Positions 39,394 to 46,817 of a stretch of 64,000 nucleotides of DNA are shown here, piece by piece. The stretch's first letter is position 1; the number at the start of each line of letters is the position of its first letter. The position numbers were made by a program, and so were the translations under genes. This stretch comes from Myxococcota bacterium (GTDB lineage: Bacteria > Myxococcota_A > UBA796 > SXON01), in contig JAZKFH010000008.1 in assembly GCA_040386535.1 (NCBI GenBank), positions 69,068-133,067 of the forward strand, in the 5' to 3' direction. The notes under the pieces are model-generated. The model saw only the letters and a list, made by a program, of their open reading frames with translations. It did no database searches and was not told the origin of the DNA.

Positions 39394-40548
39394 TCAGCAG
39401 CTCTCCCCCGGCGCACAACACGCCCCCGTCCCGTCGCGCGTCTCGTCGTAGTCGAGGCCCTTGCTCTCGCGGGGATGGCGCGGCACGGCGCGCGTGCAGT
39501 CGAACGGCGCGCGGTCCTCCTCGGGGATGGCCGCGAGCGGCTGGATGCCGATGGTCTGGCCCACGTAGGGGGGCGAGGTGAGCAGGTGGAAGGTCTTCGC
39601 GCACACGGCCACGCGCTCGCCGCGGCGGAACACGTGCCCGTCGTCGTCCTCCACGCGCTTCCAGGGCCCGAGGTAGATGATGGCCTGGTTGCCCTCCAGG
39701 CACTCGCCCTGCTTGCCCTTGTGCGCCGTCACGGTCACGGCGCGGAACTCGATGCCCTGCACCACCTGCCAGGGCTCGGCCTGCCACTTGTCGATGGCGA
39801 TGCCGTGGAAGCCCGCCTCCTCCAACAGGCGCAAGAGCTCGTACTCCTGGAAGGCTCCGGAGATGCAGCCGCTCCACAACTCGGGGTCGTCACGGAGCGC
39901 GGCGGGCGCCACCTCGTCGCTCACGATGTCGGAGATGGCGATGCGGCCGCCGACCTTGAGCACCCGGAACATCTCCTTGATCAGTTGGGGCTTGGCCGTG
40001 TCGTCCACGAGGTTGAGGACACAGTTGGACACCACCACGTCCACCGAGCCGTCGGCGATCATGGGCGTGTCACGGCGCTGACGCGCTTCGTAGTCGGCCA
40101 GCGCGGCACGGTCGCGGGAGTTGCGCACCGGGTTGGCGGCGAGCCAGGTGTCGAGCGCGTCGAGGTCCTGGGCGAGGTCCTGGATGCGGCCGCGGCGGAA
40201 CGCCACGTTCTCGTAGCCGATGCGCGCGCCGACCACCGGAGCGCTGCGCCGCGCCAGGTCCAACATGTCATCGTTCAGGTCGACGCCGATGACACGGCCG
40301 CCTGCGCCCACGATCTGGCTCGCGATGAAGCAGATCTTGCCACCGCCGCTGCCGAGGTCGAGCACGGTGTCACCGGGGCGCACGTAGCGCGAGGGATCTC
40401 CGCAGCCGTAGTCGCGCTCGAGCACCTCGTCGGGGAGGGCCGCGAGGTAGCGGGGCTCGTAGTCGACGGGGCAACACAGCGCGGCCTCGCGGGCCATCGA
40501 GGCCGCGGAGTATCGGGTGCGCACGGCGGTCTCGACGTCGAGCGGCAC
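39394..40548 (-). CDS. arsM: ArsM-like (arsenite) SAM-dependent methyltransferase
   Basis: LCCPVDY, DYGCGDP, VLDLGSGGG, DVVVSNCVLNL, WSGCISGA; Cys-rich tail ACCAPGESC. Confidence 0.75.
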   Translation of the reverse strand: MPLDVETAVRTRYSAASMAREAALCCPVDYEPRYLAALPDEVLERDYGCGDPSRYVRPGDTVLDLGSGGGKICFIASQIVGAGGRVIGVDLNDDMLDLARRSAPVVGARIGYENVAFRRGRIQDLAQDLDALDTWLAANPVRNSRDRAALADYEARQRRDTPMIADGSVDVVVSNCVLNLVDDTAKPQLIKEMFRVLKVGGRIAISDIVSDEVAPAALRDDPELWSGCISGAFQEYELLRLLEEAGFHGIAIDKWQAEPWQVVQGIEFRAVTVTAHKGKQGECLEGNQAIIYLGPWKRVEDDDGHVFRRGERVAVCAKTFHLLTSPPYVGQTIGIQPLAAIPEEDRAPFDCTRAVPRHPRESKGLDYDETRDGTGACCAPGESC

Positions 40549-40743
40549 GTGGGAGGTGTCCAGGGGAGCTCCGGGGCCGCGATCGGGCGCGGCGGTGGGG
40601 TTCGGGAACGCACATACGCCGCGACGTGGTGCGGCGGATCACTTCGGCGCATCGTCGCGGACGCATCCGCGGATTTTTTTCGGGGTGGACCCTCAAGCCG
40701 CCGCGCCGGAATCCCGAACACGGCAGCACACCACGAGGACCCC

Positions 40744-41205
40744 ATGCTGCTCTTCTCCGCCCTCCTCTCCGCCGGCCTCGTCTCGTCCAGCCACGCCGCC
40801 AGCCTCCGCGTGGAGGGCGCGCTGCTCCAGGAGTCGTCCCTCTCGGCCGGCCAGACCGTGTCGGGCAGCGTGATGCTCCACAACGACGGCGCGACGCCGA
40901 TGGAGGTCGTGGTGTACCCACGCGACGCCGTGGACGCGACCGAGAGCAGCACCGCCGTGGTCGGCTCGAACCGCGCGTGGCTCCGGTTCACCCCGCGCCT
41001 CGTCACCGTCGACCCCGGCGGCTCCGCCGAGGTGCCTTACCGCGTGGAGGTGCCCGCCGACGCGCAGGTCAGCGGCAGCTTCGGCACGATCCTCGTCATC
41101 GAGCCCAAGCTGGCTCCCGTGTGGCCGCCCCCGGCCGACCCCGCGCCGGCCGCCGAGGTGGTGGGCTACCGCGTGAACATCGTCACGCACGTCGCCAGTC
41201 GGTGA
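40744..41205 (+). CDS. Hypothetical exported Ig-like protein (DUF916/PapD-like)
   Basis: Signal peptide (..SSSHAA); SNRAWLRFTP..VTVDPGGSAEVPYRVEVPAD...GSFGTILVIE; GAGG SD. Confidence 0.6.
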   Translation: MLLFSALLSAGLVSSSHAASLRVEGALLQESSLSAGQTVSGSVMLHNDGATPMEVVVYPRDAVDATESSTAVVGSNRAWLRFTPRLVTVDPGGSAEVPYRVEVPADAQVSGSFGTILVIEPKLAPVWPPPADPAPAAEVVGYRVNIVTHVASR

Positions 41206-41217
41206 ACGAGGCGTCGA

Positions 41218-42357
41218 TCAGGATCCGTCGTCGATGACGACGACGTTCATCGTGGCGACCATCTCCTTGCCGTCGCGGAGGAAGGTGACGCTGACCTCCT
41301 CCCCCGCCTTCTTCGTGTCGAGCGCGCCGTACAGATCGTCGTAGTCGGCGATGGGCTCGCTCCCGACGCGCGTGATCACGTCGCCGAGGCGCACGCCGCG
41401 CTCGGTGCGGATCACGCCGCGGAGGCCCGCCTTGGCCGCGGGCGACTCGGGGAGCACCTCGAGCACGGCCACGCCCTTGACGCCGATACGATCGGCCGTG
41501 CGCGCGTCGATCAAGCGGACGCCGATGCCGACGAGCTCCACCCGGCCCGTGGCGATCACTTGGTCGACGACGCGCCGTACCGTCGCGACGGGCACCGCGA
41601 AGCCGATGCCCGCCGAGCTGCCGCTCTTGCTGTAGATCATCGTGTTCATGCCGATGAGCTGCCCCGCGGAGTCGATGAGCGGGCCGCCGGAATTGCCGGG
41701 GTTGATGCTCGCGTCGGTCTGCACCATGCCGCGGATGGTCACGTTGCCGAAGCCCACCATCTCGCGGTCGAGCGCGCTCACGACGCCGGTGGTGAGCGTG
41801 TGGTCGAGCCCGAAGGGGTTGCCGATGGCGAGGGCCTTCTGGCCCACCTGGAGCGTGTTGCCCTCGGGCGGGAGGCGGAGCGGGGTCAACTTGTCCGCGG
41901 GGGCGTCGATCTTGAGGACCGCGACGTCCTTGCGCGGATCCCCGCCGACGAGCTTCGCGGGCCACTCCGACTGGTCGTAGAGCGTCACGGTGTAGCTCTT
42001 GCCGCCGTTCACCACGTGGTAGTTGGTCACGACGTGGCCGTCGCGGTCCCACAGGAACCCCGTGCCGGAGCCGGCGGGCACCTCCATCGTGCGGCGGTTC
42101 CAATAGTCGACGACCACCTGGGTCTGTGTCACGAACACGGTCCCCGGGGCCGCGGCGGCGAACACGTCGATGGTGTTCTGCTCGTCCTCGATGCGCGCGG
42201 AGGGCGAGGGGGCCGGGACGAGCGGGGTGGGCGCTCCGGGAACGGCGGGCGCCTCGAACGGCGTGCGCGCCTCGGGGGCGGGTGGCTCCCGGGGCGGGTC
42301 GGCGGACGCGGTGCACGCGGCGAACGCCAAGGCGGCGAGGTGGGACGGACGAAGCAT
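41218..42357 (-). CDS. HtrA/DegP-family serine protease with one PDZ domain, probable lipoprotein
   Basis: GSGTGFLWD..HVVTNYHVV, DVAVLKI, AIGNPFGL, QTDASINPGNSGGPL; PDZ SPAAKAGL; LAFAAC lipobox. Confidence 0.93.
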   Translation of the reverse strand: MLRPSHLAALAFAACTASADPPREPPAPEARTPFEAPAVPGAPTPLVPAPSPSARIEDEQNTIDVFAAAAPGTVFVTQTQVVVDYWNRRTMEVPAGSGTGFLWDRDGHVVTNYHVVNGGKSYTVTLYDQSEWPAKLVGGDPRKDVAVLKIDAPADKLTPLRLPPEGNTLQVGQKALAIGNPFGLDHTLTTGVVSALDREMVGFGNVTIRGMVQTDASINPGNSGGPLIDSAGQLIGMNTMIYSKSGSSAGIGFAVPVATVRRVVDQVIATGRVELVGIGVRLIDARTADRIGVKGVAVLEVLPESPAAKAGLRGVIRTERGVRLGDVITRVGSEPIADYDDLYGALDTKKAGEEVSVTFLRDGKEMVATMNVVVIDDGS

Positions 42358-42416
42358 GGAAGGGCCTCGCCCGGCCAACTAACCGGTCGACCCGGGGCGC
42401 CGCGAGGGCGCTCCGA

Positions 42417-42881
42417 TCAGGCCGGCGTGAGCGTGATCGTGTCGTGGGTGCCGCCGCGCAGCACCGACTCCGTCTGCTTGCCGCGCAGCTTCACCCCGTA
42501 CAACGACTCGAACGCCCCGTGGAGGGCCCCGAGCGTGAAGGTGAGCTGGCGATCGCTCCCCTGCGGCTCGCCGGCCGAGCACACGGTCTCGGAGAGGCGC
42601 ACGACGAAGGTGCCGTCGGGGTTGTTGACGACGGAGGCGATGGAGCAGAGGCGGGTGCCCCCCTCCCCCACGGCCGCGTTGAGCGACGTCACGATCGCCG
42701 CGGGCTCCGGCCGTGCGCCCTTGAGCCCGAGCGACTCGACGAGCGCATGCCCGCGCTTGCGGCCCGCCGACTTGAGCGCGACGCCAGCGGCGCCGACGCC
42801 CAATGTCTCCTCGATGCCGACGACCACGGCCTTGAAACAGATGATGCTCGAAAAATCCCCGAGGTTGGAGCGAAGTGGCAT
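42417..42881 (-). CDS. V4R-domain (small-ligand-binding) protein
   Basis: ATG 42881 with GGAG SD; LGDFSSIICFKA..GIEETLG, ETVCSAGE, LTFTLGALHGA and TESVLRGG. Confidence 0.75.
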   Translation of the reverse strand: MPLRSNLGDFSSIICFKAVVVGIEETLGVGAAGVALKSAGRKRGHALVESLGLKGARPEPAAIVTSLNAAVGEGGTRLCSIASVVNNPDGTFVVRLSETVCSAGEPQGSDRQLTFTLGALHGAFESLYGVKLRGKQTESVLRGGTHDTITLTPA

Positions 42882-42924
42882 GGTGATCTCTCCGATGGTT
42901 GTTTCGTTTGGGAGCGCGAGCGTG

Positions 42925-43293
42925 CTACCCGAGCTGCCGCGCCACTTCCTTGGCGGCGCGGGCGGCGTCGAGGAAGATGAGGCCGAGCTTCGCGTTCTTG
43001 GCGGCGAGGATGGCGAGCACCGCGTCGGGGCCGCAGCGGGCGAGGATGAGGTAGCCGTTGTCCCCGCGGACCATGATGAGCTCGAAGTTGCCACGCTTGA
43101 GCTCGGCGACGATGCGCTCGCCGATCCCGAGCAGGGCGGCGCTCATCGCCGCGACGGAGTCGTCGTCGACATCGGCGGGGAGGGCGCTGGCGATGACGAG
43201 GCCGTCGTTGTCGATGACGGCCGCGGCCTCGACATCGGGGGTGGTGGTGGAGAGGGCCTTGATGAGCTTCGTGATCTGGTCGGCGCGTGACAT
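42925..43293 (-). CDS. Roadblock/LC7 (MglB-like) protein
   Basis: PDVEAAAVIDNDGLVIASAL, VAAMSAALLGIGERIVAELKRG and AKLGLIFLD. Confidence 0.92.
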   Translation of the reverse strand: MSRADQITKLIKALSTTTPDVEAAAVIDNDGLVIASALPADVDDDSVAAMSAALLGIGERIVAELKRGNFELIMVRGDNGYLILARCGPDAVLAILAAKNAKLGLIFLDAARAAKEVARQLG

Positions 43294-43469
43294 GGGTTCG
43301 ACTCCGTTTGGTTTGACTCGGACGTTGAGGGACGGACCGCGGACTTGGGAGCACAGCTCGACCAACTCGCCGACAGCGCGATGTCGCCGGGGAGGGTTGG
43401 TGGCAGTTTGTGACAGCTTGGGAGCGGACGGGGGGGCGGCGCGCGCCGCCTTGACTTGGTGTGCGCGAA

Positions 43470-44021
43470 CTACTCGACGGTCGCCCACCGTCGCCGCGCG
43501 GCGATGGCGAGGTGATCGCGCGCCGCACGGACCTCCGGCGGCGTCTGGGCGTCGAGCGTGCGCCGCGCCCGTGCCCAGGCGAGGCCGAAGGCCTGGGCGC
43601 ACCGCGCGTCGACCTCGACCAGCTCGGTGGACGCGTACACGCCCTGGGGCGTCGCGCTCTCGTGGTAGAGCGCCACATCGCTCACGAGGGTCTCGGCGAG
43701 GCGCCAGGCGCGCTGGTGGGCGGGGTCGAGGAGCGTCTGGGGGGTGCGATCGCGGAGCGTCGCGCGGAGCTGGGTCGCCGGGCGGAACGTGGCGCGGTAC
43801 CGGCCGTCGATGGCGACCTTCCGCCCGTCCCGGATGGAGCGCAGGGTGCGCGGCTCGATCCATTGGCTGGTGAGCGTGCCGACGCCGGGTAGGGTGACAC
43901 TCTCCCCCGCGGAGAGGCGCTCCTCGATCTCCGTCCGGAGGGCGTCCAACACGCTCCGGGTGGTCTGTCGGGGCGCTTCGGCGCGGGTCGCGACGCGCTC
44001 GATGAGGGTCTGCCACTTCAT
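43470..44021 (-). CDS. HU/IHF-like DNA-binding domain fused to a RomX-like C-terminal domain
   Basis: ATG 44021 overlaps the upstream stop. MKWQTLIERVA...LSAGESVTLPGVGTL...RTLRSIRDGRKVAI...ATFRPATQLR gives the HU fold; C-terminal AWRLAETLVSDVALYHE. Confidence 0.8.
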   Translation of the reverse strand: MKWQTLIERVATRAEAPRQTTRSVLDALRTEIEERLSAGESVTLPGVGTLTSQWIEPRTLRSIRDGRKVAIDGRYRATFRPATQLRATLRDRTPQTLLDPAHQRAWRLAETLVSDVALYHESATPQGVYASTELVEVDARCAQAFGLAWARARRTLDAQTPPEVRAARDHLAIAARRRWATVE

Positions 44022-44881
44022 TGCGGGGGCTCCTGGCGGTACTGTTCGGCCACGTTCTGCAGGTCGGTGACCGCGGAGCGCGCGAGGTCCCACAGCTCCG
44101 GGTTGGTCGCGCGATCGATGCTCCCGAACACCCGCTGGAACTCCGCGAGGCGGGCACGCATCTCGAGGACACAGCGGCGGCGCCGCTCCTCCGCGAAGAT
44201 CCCCGCGCGTGTCACCACGTCCGCGGCGAGCACGCGGGGCAGGCCGGTGACCTGGGCAACCTCGGCCGGGTCCGCCGCGCTGACGACCTCGACCGCGTAG
44301 AGCCCGGCGCAGAACAAGCGCTCCAGGCGCCGCGGCCCGATGCCGGGGATCGCCGAGAGCTCGGCGAAGAGCGGGACGTCGGCGATGTCGAACGCGACGA
44401 GCTGGCGGATGCGCGCCCCGTCGGATTCGCTCAGGTGTGCGGCGTAGTGCACCAACCAGGGGCGCAGGCGGGCCAGGAAGCGATGCCGGGCGCGCCCGGC
44501 CGGGTTCTCCGCGAACGCGCGCGCGTGGGGGTGGATCTCGGCGAGCGTCGCGCGGTGGGCGTCGTCGCGGGCGGCCACGGCGAGGCGGTCGAGGGCATCG
44601 AGCGCCGTGACCAGCTGGGCCGCGCTGCCGCGCGGATCACGGCCCGCGAACAGCCCGCTCGCGGTGACGTGGAGCACGTCCAGGAACTGGGCCGCGATGC
44701 GGCGGGTGACCTCCCGCAGCTCGGAGGAGGGGGACAGGTCGAACGGCTGCTCCCCGTCGTCGGCCGTCGTGGTGGCGCTGTCGAACAACAACGCATCCAC
44801 GTCGTACTCGCCCAGGTCGAGGACCACGTTGGCGCTCTCGTCGGAGGGCCGGAACGGCAAGAGCAGGGTGTCAGTCGGCAT
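44018..44881 (-). CDS. Helix-hairpin-helix domain protein with N-terminal helical bundle
   Basis: ELSAIPGIGPRRLERLFCAGLYAVEVVSAADPAEVAQVTGLPRVLA (tandem HhH); ATG 44881. Confidence 0.8.
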   Translation of the reverse strand: MPTDTLLLPFRPSDESANVVLDLGEYDVDALLFDSATTTADDGEQPFDLSPSSELREVTRRIAAQFLDVLHVTASGLFAGRDPRGSAAQLVTALDALDRLAVAARDDAHRATLAEIHPHARAFAENPAGRARHRFLARLRPWLVHYAAHLSESDGARIRQLVAFDIADVPLFAELSAIPGIGPRRLERLFCAGLYAVEVVSAADPAEVAQVTGLPRVLAADVVTRAGIFAEERRRRCVLEMRARLAEFQRVFGSIDRATNPELWDLARSAVTDLQNVAEQYRQEPPQ

Positions 44882-45278
44882 GTCGCACCCCCGCCGAACC
44901 GCCGAGGTCTGCCAATTCGGCCTGAAGCCGGCCACACAGCCGGTTGGTGGTACGCCGCCAACGGTTCGCCGCCGGGACGTGCACGACCAGGAACATGCGG
45001 CTCCCCTCGTCCAGCGGCAGGGGGCGGATGACGAAGCGCCCCCGCGCACCGTCGAGGAGCGTGAGCTCGTCGATGGCCTGCATCCCCATGTCGCGTTGGG
45101 CGCGGCCCACCACGTCGTCGAACAGGCTCGCGAGGACCGCCAGCGCTTCGCTCGGGGTGCCCCCGCCGGAGGCCGCCACGAGCAGGCCGAGGTCGGTACA
45201 CACCAACGACATTGGAAACCCGCCCTCCCGATTTCCCGCTTCCAAGAGCTGTGTGACGCGCTGCTGCAAGCCTGGCAT
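44871..45278 (-). CDS. Divergent Roadblock/LC7 protein
   Basis: ATG 45278; SLVCTDLGLLVAAS...EALAVLASLF...AQRDMGMQAIDELTL..GRFVIRPL. Confidence 0.75.
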   Translation of the reverse strand: MPGLQQRVTQLLEAGNREGGFPMSLVCTDLGLLVAASGGGTPSEALAVLASLFDDVVGRAQRDMGMQAIDELTLLDGARGRFVIRPLPLDEGSRMFLVVHVPAANRWRRTTNRLCGRLQAELADLGGSAGVRHAD

Positions 45279-45280
45279 CC

Positions 45281-45991
45281 CTAGACCCCCTCGAGCGCGG
45301 CGAGCCGCCGCAAGTTCTGGAGCGCGATGCGATCGTTGGGGCGGTCGACGAGCGCCCGCTCGAAGGCGGCGCGGGCCTCGCCGAGGCGGCCCTCGCGGAC
45401 GAGGCGCCGGGCGGTGTCGATGGTCGCGTCGAAGGATGTGTCGTCGCCCGGCGTCGGCGTGTCGACAGGTGGAGCGGGGGCCGCCGCTGGGGACACGACC
45501 GCGTCGTGCTGGGAAAGTCGACCATCTTCCAGTGCTTGGATCAGCGGATCGATGACACGACATCGCCACTCGCCCGCGGTGGTGACCCCGTCCCGGATCG
45601 CGGTCCGCCCGTCCAGGTGCGGCGTCAGGCGCGCGAGCGTGGCGGGGAGCGGCCCGGTCCCGGTTGGCAGCAGCGCGGAGGCGGCGATGCGCTGCCACTC
45701 GTCGAGCAGCCGGCAGCCGTCGAGCACGAGCGTGGTCAGCGGGCCGAGCGCCACGGCCGGGACGACCTCGGCGGTGTGCACGACAAACGTGCCGCCGGGC
45801 TGCAAGAACAGCTCCATCAACGCGTCGATGCCTCCCAAATTCGCCACCCTCGCGCTCACGACGTTCCCCATGTGGACCTCGATCTCCCCGCGCGGAACGC
45901 TGATCTTCCCCGTGAGCCCCTCCGCCTCCACGGCCTGGAGCACGGTGGAGAGGCCCACGGCTTGCAAATCACCACGGAGTATTTCAGGCAT
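45281..45991 (-). CDS. DUF4388 (PATAN-like) domain plus C-terminal TPR protein
   Basis: LRGDLQAVGLSTVLQAVE..GLTGKI..GEI...GNVVSA...GIDALMELF...GTF...LVLDGCRLLDEW; TPR ARAAFERALVDRPND. Confidence 0.85.
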   Translation of the reverse strand: MPEILRGDLQAVGLSTVLQAVEAEGLTGKISVPRGEIEVHMGNVVSARVANLGGIDALMELFLQPGGTFVVHTAEVVPAVALGPLTTLVLDGCRLLDEWQRIAASALLPTGTGPLPATLARLTPHLDGRTAIRDGVTTAGEWRCRVIDPLIQALEDGRLSQHDAVVSPAAAPAPPVDTPTPGDDTSFDATIDTARRLVREGRLGEARAAFERALVDRPNDRIALQNLRRLAALEGV

Positions 45992-46595
45992 TCGCCTGTT
46001 CCGCGGAGGGCGCGGGGCGCTTGAAGAGCCGGGCCATCAGCTGTTCGAGCAGCAGGGTGTGTGTCTCGTGGATTCCCACGCGGTTCGAAGCCACGGCCTC
46101 GATCGAGGGGGCACGTTCCGGGTTGAGCGAGCGCTCGAGGAGGCGCACCGGGATGGCGTTTCGTACATCTCGCTTGTTCCATTGGTAGACATGGGGGATG
46201 TTGTCGAGCGAGCGCCCCCGGACCGCGAGGCTCTGGGCCAAATCCTCCTTGGAGACCAGGTTGGCCTCCTCCCGGTCGGGCCGCGAGTCCGCCACGAACA
46301 CGATCCCGTCTACGTTTTCCAGCACGGCTTGGCGCGTCAACTGGTAGAAGGACTGCCCCGGTACCGTGAACAAATCGAGCTTGACCCGATGTCCGTTGAC
46401 AGCGCCGAGGTCCAACGGGAAGTAGTCGAAGAAGAGGGTGCGCTCTGTCTCCGTATCGAGCTTGATCAGCTCCCCCCGCTGAGCGGCGGCGTACCCTTCG
46501 TGCAGGCCGACGATGTTCGTGGTCTTGCCACAAAATCCAGGCCCATAGTAAACAACTTTTATGATGACGATGCGGCTGTTACGATTGATGCGCAA
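45984..46595 (-). CDS. mglA: MglA-family small GTPase (MglA/SofG-like paralogue)
   Basis: KVVYYGPGFCGKTTN, TETERTLFFDYFP, LFTVPGQ, DGIVFVADS, NKRD and EAVAS. Likely TTG start at 46595 with GGGGAGGA SD 7 nt upstream. Confidence 0.92.
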   Translation of the reverse strand: MRINRNSRIVIIKVVYYGPGFCGKTTNIVGLHEGYAAAQRGELIKLDTETERTLFFDYFPLDLGAVNGHRVKLDLFTVPGQSFYQLTRQAVLENVDGIVFVADSRPDREEANLVSKEDLAQSLAVRGRSLDNIPHVYQWNKRDVRNAIPVRLLERSLNPERAPSIEAVASNRVGIHETHTLLLEQLMARLFKRPAPSAEQANA

Positions 46596-46688
46596 GCGCG
46601 CGTCCTCCCCGGAGCCGTGGTGAATCCTGCCATGAATAGGGTGCACGGACACCTGAACCTCGTTTTCGAGGGGCGCGGAGTCCTTGAC

Positions 46689-46737
46689 ATCGAGCAGAAT
46701 ACGCGCCGGTGTGTTCCGGAACCTTGATCAAAGTCAA
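46689..46737 (-). promoter_or_regulatory. FNR-type box with class II promoter geometry for the mglA-like operon
   Basis: TTGAT-caaa-GTCAA at 46724-46737. A minus-strand -10 TATTCT at 46701-46696 places +1 near 46689 and the box centre near -41.5. Confidence 0.7.
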
Positions 46738-46817
46738 CACAGGCTGTATTTTGGAATCACGGGCGCTGACACCCCCGCTGACCCTACAGCCCTGTAAGTG
46801 TGACGTAAGGAGCACCC

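Noticed and set aside
39345..39396. Possible selenocysteine read-through: the ArsM-like gene ends Cys-TGA followed by a hairpin
   Set aside because: Read-through would run antisense into the DUF547 gene with no sensible sequence, and the hairpin is adequately explained as a terminator between convergent genes. No sel genes are in the window.
40549..40743. Hairpin cgcgga-cgca-tccgcg plus T-run upstream of the 40744 gene as a riboswitch terminator
   Set aside because: No recognisable aptamer consensus (c-di-GMP, SAM, cobalamin, TPP); it cannot be supported without an Rfam scan.
46799..46814. CRP-like site TGTGA-N6-GAGCA at the Crp/Fnr gene start
   Set aside because: The second half-site is poor and coincides with the Shine-Dalgarno sequence.
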